From: an uncultured virus (IMG/VR IMGVR_UViG_2786546887_000004)
Taxonomy: Duplodnaviria > Heunggongvirae > Uroviricota > Caudoviricetes
IMG/VR virus record: IMGVR_UViG_2786546887_000004
DNA: 56,694 bases
Reading direction: 5' to 3' (one strand)
In this document: positions 49,240 through 56,694 of the stretch, one piece after another
How the letters are laid out: the number at the start of each line of letters is the position of its first letter
How positions within the stretch are numbered: position 1 is the stretch's first letter
The notes under the pieces: model-generated
What the model saw: only the letters and a program-made list of their open reading frames with translations
What the model was told of the DNA's origin: nothing
The model's database searches: none
Translations under genes and position numbers: made by a program

Positions 49240-51823
49240 TTAAGCCTTATCAAATTTTATACTTCCACTATCAAAAGTTGCAAGTGTTTCATCAAAACTA
49301 TCATTACTAATCTGCCATATCTCTGAAGGTATTGTAAAACTTGATTTTAATTTAAACCCAAAGTCTGATAGATTATTTAACTCTCCATCAATTGATGTGT
49401 TTTGTGTGCCTTGTAATCTTATACCAGCCACGTCAGAAACACTGACCTTTGTTGCAAAATGTTGTGCTAACATTCTATGAGATAATCCTTTTAATGTAGG
49501 ACCTGCAACAGGTACACCAAATTTAGTAGAGTTGCTTCTGATAGCAGTTGTTTCTTTTACAACACCACCAGCAGACTTTAATATATATTGTCTTTTTAAA
49601 GTGACATCTCTTGTATTAGGTGTAAAGTGATTATGTGTTGAGTCATCTAAATCTGCAGGTACACCAGCAAGAGGATTTGCTCTTAATGAAGTACCATCAT
49701 CAACCGTACCTAGTTTTCTTCGTAAGATAGTTGTAAATATAGTTTTGATTACTCCTAATATTTCTTCGGTTACTGAACTATTTAATCCAGTCACATTTTT
49801 TAATCTCATGTTTACATTATTTGTAATATCTACTTCACCTTTAAAATAGAAACCAGCAGAGTGTAAAGTTTTCTTATAAGTGTCTCTCCACTCATTAATA
49901 GAACGACCTACTTTTATAATGTAAGAATAATCCTGATACAATAAACTATCTTGTATTCTCATTGAGTCCTCAGATATGTGACCATCTTGTCCAATGTATG
50001 CACCATCAGTGTCAACAATTACATCAACNGTTGCTGTTGCAGTTGCCTGATCGACATGATGTATCGTTGCAGTGGTACCTGAAGAACCGCCTGAGATTTG
50101 TGTCTCAGCAGTAAATATTCCTGACGCACCTGAACATTTTAAAAGATTAGTATTTGTATCTAAAGAAACTACCGTAGCAGTAACCACACTTGAACTTGCG
50201 TCTAAACCTGTAATTGTTTCGCCAATTGTAAAACCCGCTGTTCTACTTTTTAATAATAGATAAGTTGGTAATGCAAGTGAAGGTGGTGATGGTGAGTCAC
50301 CATAGTTTGCGCCTAACTCTGTTGTTTTTAATTTTGTAATTCTTCCTACTTCACTGCCTTTTGCAAATATGCTAGCATTATTACCTGAAGTAGATGTTAT
50401 TGTTAAAGTTGGTAAAGTATTATAACTACCACCAAGAATAACTCTGACATCTGTAATATCATTTGAACCTGTGTTTGCCTCTTGTACTATTTTATTACCT
50501 GTATATGAATCACCTTTAGTTGTTTCATCTTCAAGTACAATATGATCTGTTGCACTCATGCCTGTTGTATTATCTTCAGGTGCAATACCACCATTTACAA
50601 CAGATACTTGAGCCGTAGCAGTACCAGTGTTAAAATTAATTGTATCTCCTATTTCATATCCAGTACCACCTGCGTCAACATAAATTTCTTCTAAGGCACC
50701 TGAACCTACATCTTCAATATTAATAACAGCCCCATTACCACCACCAGTAATTACGGTTGTGTCGTTTGGATTATAATATGATCCATCATTAGTTAAAGTT
50801 TTTGTAGCAATACTTGCCATTAATGTACAACTAATCACTACATCTGAATCTGTGTTATCAACGCCAGTTATATTTTGACCAGCAATAAAAGTACCATCAA
50901 TACTATCTTCATTTAAAATAATTTCTGTAATAGTTTCACCACCTATTGAAAACTTAAATACGTTTTCTACAATGGCAGTCGCTTCATTAATAATAAGACT
51001 TGACGGTACGTCTGCTTGAGTTATAGTTTGACCTATAAGATTTAATGATTCTGAATCACCTACTTCTTTACATCTTAAAACTTTTTTAATATCCCAAGTA
51101 CCATCAGATACTCTTAACATATTTTCTTTAGGAAAAGTTAATTCTGCATTTTCATTAAATAATAATTTAAAAAATATTTCNGANGCTCTTTTNGTACCTT
51201 TTGCTCTGATAAAGTGATTTAACATTTTTAATTAATTTTCTTTTGTTTAAACCAGTTGTTAAATTTTCAGGTATAGATTGTAGAAAAGCATTTCTAAACT
51301 TGTTTAAGAATCCTTGAATTACTTTATCAGGATCAGGATAGTTTAAAAGTTGTTGAATATTTTGTACTGGGTTTGCTCTGTAAGTTGTAATTGTAGCAGT
51401 TGCACCAGAAGTTGAACCTGTGATTTCTTCNCCCTCTTGGAATTTATTATCATGTGCAACAAATAATCTTTGACCACCATCTATATCTTCAATTAGAATA
51501 GTTGTAGTTGCACCTGTTGTTGTGCCAGTTATTGTCTCACCATTTTGAAAGTCACCAATAGTTGAATCTTCTAAAATTAAGTTATCACCATCATCTCTTT
51601 TTTGTCTGTTAGTAGAGTTTAATAATATTCTGTTTANATTAGCTGTTTCAGTTTCTAATAGTAAAGTATTAGGCGCACCAATATCTTTAAGTTTCATCTC
51701 AGCACATTCTAAAAATTTGTAATACTCTTTTACAAAATCTAAAAAGAATGGATGATCTTCAAGTACAAACTCTGGTACTTGATGTTTTATGATATGGGAT
51801 ATTTTATCTTTAAAGTCTGCCAT
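49240..51823 (-). CDS. Baseplate wedge gp7-like protein, split by an apparent 1-nt insertion near 51208
   Basis: Removing one base joins ORFs 51167..51823 and 49240..51225 into LIKNVKSLYRAKGTKRASEIFFKLLFNE; later IQDSLLYQDYSY. Confidence 0.8.
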
Positions 51824-51826
51824 TTA

Positions 51827-53680
51827 CTAATAACTTGATGTTGTAGTATAACCAACACCAGCATTAGCAGAACCACCTACAAGTGTATCAGCGGCTACCG
51901 TAAATGAACTATTGGTTACATCTATGTTAACTATTTGATTTCTTACAGGCACTACATCATTTGAACTAGGAGTAACCGTACATTCAATAACACTTGAAGC
52001 AGATCCTCTTATATTTTCAACACTAGTAATATTAACTGAATTGATTGATAATGATCCTGCTGAATAATCAATTGTACCAGCAGTATTGTCAACATATGTT
52101 CTAACTTGGTTTGCAAGATAGTATCTTCTTATGTTTCCTTGTCCATCATCATCAAAGAAATAAACATTAGTAGTATCTCCTGAAACTTTAAAACCTGTTG
52201 AAGATAATATACCACCAGCACTTGAATTATGGCCTGAGTGTGGATTATATAATGCGTTATTAAATGACACCGTATAGTTTGTTGCAGTGCTTAAAGTTGG
52301 AGTAAATGATTTTCTAATTTTCACCGTTGTAATATTTGATAATATACTTGAGTCAGCGTCATCAATCAATTCTATAACTTTTGAATATCTAAACACACCA
52401 TCAAATTGATTTAATGTGTTATCGTTGTAATTAGTTAAAGCATTTGTAATATCTGTTTTAATAGTTTCTGTTCCTTTAGTTGTAGCCTGTTCATNATATT
52501 TTACATTTGATGTTAAAANAATATCAGTTGTTTCTGGATCAAGTATAACAGGAGTAACCGAAGCAATAGAAAACTTTTTTAATTGATTTACTATATCTGT
52601 TTTAGTTGTCTCTGTTAAATTAGAACCTGATTTTGCTTTTATTGAAATGTAAACACGACCATAAAAAGGTGTNTCGTTATCTTCACCACCCCAAGCAGAA
52701 ACAGATTTTGCATTAGCATAAATCTCTTGTACTTTAACTTTATAATCTTCTACGGTTACTGCTCTATCCTGTGCAGAGTAAGATTTCGGTGCATTAAATT
52801 TAACACTTGCATTTGTCTCAGCNTCTGAACCATTAGCAGCATTTGAATTAGTTGTTATTGTTGTATCACTAAAACCACCAATGTTGCCATTTAGTGTAAA
52901 TGTTGTTGCACCATTAGCAGCAGTTTTATTTGTCACAACATATTTTAAAATTACTATATTACCATCTTCTAATTTTTTACCAATAACACCATCACCAAAG
53001 TACACTTCAAATTTACCATCTTCATCTTCTTGTAAAAAATAAACTTTAGAAGTTGAATCTAATTCTGTAATTGAAGTTGCTTTAGTGTAAGTATTAGTTG
53101 TTGTATCACTGGCACTATTTTGTACCGATACAGATAAAGTTGTTGTATCAGCATTTGCTGATTGTATTAAAAACTTTTGATCCAGATCTGCTGTATTTGC
53201 AGTATATTGAAAGGTTACATATGTACCTTCATAAATTTTAACATTTGAAAAAGTGTAAATGTTATTAATAGGTGAAATTGTATTNGATGTGATGGTTACA
53301 AAGTTATAAGTTTGACCATCAACCGTTGTTGAAAATTTTGTACCAACAGGCATTGTTAAAGTAGAACCTGTTGCNTTGTTAACTACAATATTTAAATCNG
53401 CTACTGGNGATCTTGGTGAGTTAGGTGTATAACCAAGTGCCTTTGCTAAAGATACAATGCTGTTTCTTAAATCAGCAGTATCAATAAACATTTCATTTGC
53501 TAAAATGTTTGCATTGTAGGATAAGTAGTGTGTGTTGTAAGCAAGTAAGTCCAATAACACAGACATACCTGATCCTTCAAAATCATAATCGTTAAAAGTA
53601 TTTTGTTGTGATAAAAATCTTTTTAAGTTTCCTTTGATTTGATCAAAATCTAATTGTGATATATTTAATTTACTTGCCAT
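51827..53680 (-). CDS. gp6: Baseplate wedge protein gp6
   Basis: LDFDQIK, DYDFEGSG, LAYNTHY, QDRAVTVEDY. Confidence 0.95.
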   Translation of the reverse strand: MASKLNISQLDFDQIKGNLKRFLSQQNTFNDYDFEGSGMSVLLDLLAYNTHYLSYNANILANEMFIDTADLRNSIVSLAKALGYTPNSPRXPVXDLNIVVNXATGSTLTMPVGTKFSTTVDGQTYNFVTITXNTISPINNIYTFSNVKIYEGTYVTFQYTANTADLDQKFLIQSANADTTTLSVSVQNSASDTTTNTYTKATSITELDSTSKVYFLQEDEDGKFEVYFGDGVIGKKLEDGNIVILKYVVTNKTAANGATTFTLNGNIGGFSDTTITTNSNAANGSXAETNASVKFNAPKSYSAQDRAVTVEDYKVKVQEIYANAKSVSAWGGEDNXTPFYGRVYISIKAKSGSNLTETTKTDIVNQLKKFSIASVTPVILDPETTDIXLTSNVKYXEQATTKGTETIKTDITNALTNYNDNTLNQFDGVFRYSKVIELIDDADSSILSNITTVKIRKSFTPTLSTATNYTVSFNNALYNPHSGHNSSAGGILSSTGFKVSGDTTNVYFFDDDGQGNIRRYYLANQVRTYVDNTAGTIDYSAGSLSINSVNITSVENIRGSASSVIECTVTPSSNDVVPVRNQIVNIDVTNSSFTVAADTLVGGSANAGVGYTTTSSY

Positions 53681-53681
53681 G

Positions 53682-54113
53682 TTATCTTAATCTTTGTAAA
53701 AATTCTGTTATGGTTACTGGTTCAGGTCTATTTAAAACATAGAAAGTAATCGTAACCTTATATTGATTTCTATCTATATCATCTTGTACAATGATCTGAT
53801 TTATATCTACTCTTGGCTCAAAGTTTATTAAAACTTCTTCTATTCTATCTTGTAATAAAACAGCAGATAGAGGACTAATAGGTTCAAATAATAAATCTCT
53901 AACACTTGACCCGATTTCAGGATGAAAAGGTTTTTCAAACTTGTTTGTAAGTATTAAATTACGAACCGATCTTTTTACTGCCTCAATNTCTGTTAATCTT
54001 GCAACATCATTAGTCGCAGGATTTTTAGTAAAATTTAAATTTAGATCGCTGTATGTTCTAGTCGATCTAGTCGAGTTATTTTTACTTTGTGCGTCATAGT
54101 TAGATAGTGCCAT
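53682..54113 (-). CDS. gp25: Baseplate wedge protein gp25
   Basis: YSDLNLNF, AVKRSVRNL, EKPFHPEIG, FEPRV; late promoter at 54122-54129. Confidence 0.95.
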   Translation of the reverse strand: MALSNYDAQSKNNSTRSTRTYSDLNLNFTKNPATNDVARLTXIEAVKRSVRNLILTNKFEKPFHPEIGSSVRDLLFEPISPLSAVLLQDRIEEVLINFEPRVDINQIIVQDDIDRNQYKVTITFYVLNRPEPVTITEFLQRLR

Positions 54114-54131
54114 AGTGCTAATATTTATACA

Positions 54132-54431
54132 CTATCCACTGAAGACATTAGAAGAACCTGAGGTCATTGCGCCTGCGTCTGCACTATCACCTATTCTACC
54201 TATTGCAATACTATTAATAAACACCGTACTTGATCCTGCGTTTAAATTTGCAACATGATCAGCACATGGAGGGTTAGGTGGGAAAGGGTGAGGAACCGTA
54301 GGTGTGCCTACAACAGACACTAATATACTATTTGAAAATACGGTTGATTGTAAAGGTGTTGATAAAGTCGTTGTACTTGAACAAATATGACCTGTACTTA
54401 AACTATCACCTTTTCTACTTACTGCTGGCAT
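54132..54431 (-). CDS. PAAR-repeat spike tip protein (gp5.4-like)
   Basis: PAVSRKGD..STGH, GSSTVFIN, RIGD, GSSNVF. Confidence 0.9.
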   Translation of the reverse strand: MPAVSRKGDSLSTGHICSSTTTLSTPLQSTVFSNSILVSVVGTPTVPHPFPPNPPCADHVANLNAGSSTVFINSIAIGRIGDSADAGAMTSGSSNVFSG

Positions 54432-54706
54432 TATGCACTTCTTACTACTCTTCTTGCTTCTAATTTTGCTTTTTGTTCAGCTCTTCGTTTTTCAACTACT
54501 ATTGCTTGTCTGATTTTTCTACCTATAGGTATTTTAACTGTGTCTGTTATTGATTTGCCTTTTTTACTAACATATTCAACACTTATAAATTTATCATCTT
54601 TATAATCGTTTTGAACAGACATTACTGCCTTTTTTAAACTCAAAGCTTCTTTTTCTTTTTCTTCACCTGCTACATTCCAAAATTTGTACATTCTCATTTT
54701 TGCCAT
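54431..54706 (-). CDS. Hypothetical basic protein
   Basis: 91 aa; RBS AAAGGA; coupled to the PAAR gene. Confidence 0.7.
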   Translation of the reverse strand: MAKMRMYKFWNVAGEEKEKEALSLKKAVMSVQNDYKDDKFISVEYVSKKGKSITDTVKIPIGRKIRQAIVVEKRRAEQKAKLEARRVVRSA

Positions 54707-54726
54707 TATATGATTCCTTTATTATA

Positions 54727-54846
54727 TTATTCTACACATTCAGCACATCTACAATCATCACAATTGTCCTGTGTATTTACGTTATTACAATGCTGAGGAG
54801 CATTGCAATTGCTACACAATTCTGTACCTTCGTTATTTTTAGCCAT
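54727..54846 (-). CDS. Cys-rich microprotein (39 aa, 7 Cys + 1 His)
   Basis: MAKNNEGTELCSNCNAPQHCNNVNTQDNCDDCRCAECVE*; RBS GAAAGGA. Not in the ORF track. Confidence 0.75.
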   Translation of the reverse strand: MAKNNEGTELCSNCNAPQHCNNVNTQDNCDDCRCAECVE

Positions 54847-54865
54847 TTTAGTGTCCTTTCTTTAC

Positions 54866-54889
54866 GGCGCCTTTAAAAAAAAAGGCGCC
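54866..54889. repeat. Perfect 9-bp inverted repeat (hairpin)
   Basis: GGCGCCTTT-AAAAAA-AAAGGCGCC, intergenic. Confidence 0.7.
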
Positions 54890-54906
54890 TAAAGTTATAC
54901 TATTAT

Positions 54907-55068
54907 TTAGTCTTTATCTTCATCATCATTATCATCATCATCTTCATCAAAATCTTCATCTTGTGGTGCTTCAATTTCTAAAACTGACTCAATTTCTTCA
55001 ATTCTTTGCTCTAAATTGTCAATTTTTTCTTCAAGTCTTTCTAAGATGTTTTTATTTTCTTCGGCCAT
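54907..55068 (-). CDS. Acidic coiled-coil microprotein (53 aa)
   Basis: MAEENKNILERLEEKIDNLEQRIEEIESVLEIEAPQDEDFDEDDDDNDDEDKD*; RBS AAGGA. Not in the ORF track. Confidence 0.75.
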   Translation of the reverse strand: MAEENKNILERLEEKIDNLEQRIEEIESVLEIEAPQDEDFDEDDDDNDDEDKD

Positions 55069-55147
55069 GAATGGTTCCTTGTTAATTTGTGTTTTTCAAC
55101 GCAATTTTCAAGTTTATTTTCTAAAATTATAGGGAATGATTCGAATC

Positions 55148-55155
55148 TATTTATA
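55148..55155 (-). promoter_or_regulatory. T4 late promoter heading the baseplate operon
   Basis: TATAAATA in the divergent intergenic region. Confidence 0.7.
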
Positions 55156-55201
55156 GAAATCGGTAAATTTACGGAAAAAATGAGTAAAATAAAGGGTTTT
55201 T

Positions 55202-55216
55202 GTTCACATTTTGTTC
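55202..55216. promoter_or_regulatory. Alphaproteobacterial-type LexA (SOS) box
   Basis: GTTC-ACATTTT-GTTC (GTTC-N7-GTTC), intergenic. Confidence 0.6.
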
Positions 55217-55276
55217 TATACACGCCAAAATGCCGAGGGGTTACGGAAGAATCGGACAATTTTCACCATTTTTTGC

Positions 55277-55316
55277 TTGAGGAACTTGACTTTTTCGTGT
55301 AAATTATACTTATAAA
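55277..55316 (+). promoter_or_regulatory. Candidate sigma70 early promoter region
   Basis: TTGAGG-N17-TAAATT; TTGACT and TATACT/TATAAA are also present with non-optimal spacing. Confidence 0.4.
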
Positions 55317-55336
55317 ACAAACAAAAGGAAAACACT

Positions 55337-55708
55337 ATGATAAATGTTAATTGGACTGCTAAAACATTAGACGAAGGTATCTCAAATATGATGTCTGGCG
55401 CAAAAGCTGACTACGAGAGATTTCATACTTCTAATGGAAAAAAAGAAATAGTACCTGGTTCATATGGGGATACTGAATTGAAGACGTATGACAGTAAAAC
55501 AAAAATAAATCACGGTAAAAAGTACATTAAAGTTGTACAAGGAAACACTGTTTTTGCTTTTATTGTAAAAGAAGATTTTAAACACTTTAAAAAAGGTGAT
55601 ATATTGAAACCTGCTGGTTGGAATGCACCTGCTTTAAACTCACCAAGAGGAAACGTACTTACTGGTAATTACAATATTCAATGGACTGGTCCATTATACT
55701 TAAAATAA
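55337..55708 (+). CDS. Conserved hypothetical phage early protein
   Basis: GKKYIKV...GDILKPAGWNAPA...RGN...WTGPLYL, a family common in T4-like phages; RBS AAAGGA. Confidence 0.8.
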   Translation: MINVNWTAKTLDEGISNMMSGAKADYERFHTSNGKKEIVPGSYGDTELKTYDSKTKINHGKKYIKVVQGNTVFAFIVKEDFKHFKKGDILKPAGWNAPALNSPRGNVLTGNYNIQWTGPLYLK

Positions 55709-55718
55709 GGAGAACACT

Positions 55719-55844
55719 ATGTTGAAAAATATATGGGAAATAACTAAGGCACTTGTTGGGACTGCTTTCGCAATAGGTTTCTTTTATGCGTTGTACATAA
55801 TTATGTGGGCAATGTCACCTGAAAACGGTTTAGGGTTGTATTAG
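55719..55844 (+). CDS. Single-TM microprotein (41 aa)
   Basis: MLKNIWEITKALVGTAFAIGFFYALYIIMWAMSPENGLGLY*; RBS AAGGAG. Not in the ORF track. Confidence 0.75.
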   Translation: MLKNIWEITKALVGTAFAIGFFYALYIIMWAMSPENGLGLY

Positions 55845-55858
55845 TACAACTCAACATT

Positions 55859-55885
55859 AAAGGGCGCTTTTGGCGCCCTTTTTTT
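55859..55885. terminator. Rho-independent terminator between convergent genes
   Basis: AAAGGGCGC-TTTTG-GCGCCCTTTTTTT. Confidence 0.9.
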
Positions 55886-55892
55886 AAGCTTA

Positions 55893-56093
55893 TTATTGAA
55901 ACTTTGTATTACTATGTTTTACTGATATATGTCCTAAAACTCTACCTTTATTAGGTCCTTCTTTAATTGTAAAACCAGATGTTCCGTTGTCGTTAATGCC
56001 AACTTCTTTTCTAGCTCTTAAAAGAACATTCTCTTTTTTTTTATTAAGAGAATTATTTGCAAAGTTTTTTAGGAGTTCGGTAAATCTTCCCAT
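55893..56093 (-). CDS. Small basic protein downstream of the glutamine riboswitch
   Basis: 66 aa with strong SD AAAGGAGG; monocistronic between a late promoter and a terminator. Confidence 0.8.
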   Translation of the reverse strand: MGRFTELLKNFANNSLNKKKENVLLRARKEVGINDNGTSGFTIKEGPNKGRVLGHISVKHSNTKFQ

Positions 56094-56123
56094 AACACCC
56101 TCCTTTGTATATTTAAAGTTAGG

Positions 56124-56172
56124 TGCGTTCCTTCAGCGATTGCTTACTTCCGACTCATATGAGTTGAACGAT
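56124..56172 (-). ncRNA. Glutamine-I (glnA motif) riboswitch
   Basis: AUCGUUC-A-ACUCAUAUGAGU-CGGAAGUA-AGCAAUCGCU-GAAG-GAACG-CA. It shows P1 CGUUC/GAACG, a P2 hairpin, the CGGAAGUA linker, a P3 hairpin and the E-loop GAA. Confidence 0.9.
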
Positions 56173-56178
56173 ATTAAG

Positions 56179-56186
56179 TATTTATA
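56179..56186 (-). promoter_or_regulatory. T4 late promoter of the riboswitch transcript
   Basis: TATAAATA, 6 nt upstream of the aptamer 5' AUCG. Confidence 0.85.
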
Positions 56187-56393
56187 TTACATTTTAGATA
56201 ACCATTTTTGATAACTATAATCTTCACCAAATTTCTTAATATATTCTGCTGATAATTTTCCGTACCTTAATCTATTATATAATTTAAAAGGTAGTGTCCA
56301 AAAAAAGTGATAAAGTATACCGTAAAGTATAACTATGTAAATTACAACTAGACAAATATTTTCAAATGTCCAATCTATTTTTCTTTTATCCAT
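56187..56393 (-). CDS. Small membrane protein
   Basis: One hydrophobic helix, ICLVVIYIVILYGILYHFFW. Confidence 0.6.
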   Translation of the reverse strand: MDKRKIDWTFENICLVVIYIVILYGILYHFFWTLPFKLYNRLRYGKLSAEYIKKFGEDYSYQKWLSKM

Positions 56394-56563
56394 TTTATTA
56401 CAATCCTTTGTACATCAATAACTATAATTAATAATAATATAATACAATATTCCTCTAATAAATTTGAACCAAAAANNTNTAAAGATTTTTCTTTTCCTAA
56501 ACTAGCAGCTATAATNACTATGGTTATATATGGTAAAAATAACCAAGCAAATAACCTATTCAT
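56375..56563 (-). CDS. Small membrane protein
   Basis: Two hydrophobic helices; overlaps both neighbours. Confidence 0.55.
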   Translation of the reverse strand: MNRLFAWLFLPYITIXIIAASLGKEKSLXXFGSNLLEEYCIILLLIIVIDVQRIVIKWIKEK

Positions 56564-56694
56564 TAAAATATCTAACTAACTTAAATTCACCTTCGTGTGT
56601 TTCAACAAGTGCTGTTAAACTTTCTACCCAATCACCATCATTCATATATTCAATACCATCTATAACTTCAATTGCTGGTGTATGAATATGTCCA
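56556..56694 (-). CDS. C-terminus of a PlcP/LpxH-like (COG2908) metallophosphoesterase (partial)
   Basis: Manual translation GHIHTPAIEVIDGIEYMNDGDWVESLTALVETHEGEFKLVRYFNE*. Confidence 0.8.
   Translation of the reverse strand, partial: GHIHTPAIEVIDGIEYMNDGDWVESLTALVETHEGEFKLVRYFNE

Noticed and set aside
2590..50263. Numerous short plus-strand ORFs in the track (e.g. 4078..4527, 18852..19304, 24561..24944)
   Set aside because: They lie antisense to well-supported genes and show no recognisable motifs.
51167..51225. Apparent programmed frameshift or pseudogene in the gp7-like gene
   Set aside because: One extra base (TATCAGA instead of TAT/TAC AGA) in an N-rich patch. Removing it restores LYRAKGT...FFKLLF in an essential gene, and there is no slippery site. 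Most likely a consensus artefact.
55041..55302. ORFs 55041..55259 (-) and 55087..55302 (+)
   Set aside because: They span the divergent promoter region, have no RBS and show atypical composition.
55987..56211. Plus-strand 74-aa ORF
   Set aside because: Antisense to the riboswitch and its regulated gene.
1..56694. CRISPR arrays, tRNAs, introns/inteins, homing endonucleases, integrase, DGR
   Set aside because: I saw no repeat-spacer pattern or cloverleaf in the few intergenic gaps. Core genes (gp17, gp20, gp23, gp46, uvsW) have normal length, and no RT or recombinase ORF is present. This was a by-eye inspection only.

Overview
An AT-rich fragment of a T4-like marine myovirus. The gene set resembles cyanomyoviruses and the Pelagibacter phage HTVC008M group, and two alphaproteobacterial-type LexA boxes point to an alphaproteobacterial, probably SAR11-like, host (inference). 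Almost all genes are on the minus strand. In transcription order (right to left) come the baseplate and tail module (PAAR, gp25, gp6, gp7-like, gp9/10-like, gp8, a DUF4815/VrlC-like protein, fibres), the neck, packaging, tail and head module (gp13-gp23, gp3), then uvsY, uvsW, gp55, gp47 and gp46. Accessory genes are interspersed: 3 flavin-dependent halogenases, 9 Fe(II)/2OG-type oxygenases, peptide deformylase, GroES, a GNAT, an amino-methyltransferase and the C-terminus of a PlcP/LpxH-like phosphoesterase. The most notable non-coding signals are: (i) a glutamine-I (glnA-type) riboswitch starting at a T4 late promoter, upstream of a 66-aa basic ORF whose Shine-Dalgarno can be sequestered; (ii) two GTTC-N7-GTTC SOS boxes upstream of probable early promoters; (iii) repeated leaderless-mRNA geometry at both sigma70 and gp55 promoters; (iv) a perfect sigma70 promoter firing antisense towards uvsW. 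Scattered single N bases, at third codon positions where checked, indicate a population consensus assembly. All calls come from motif recognition by eye; no database search was run.
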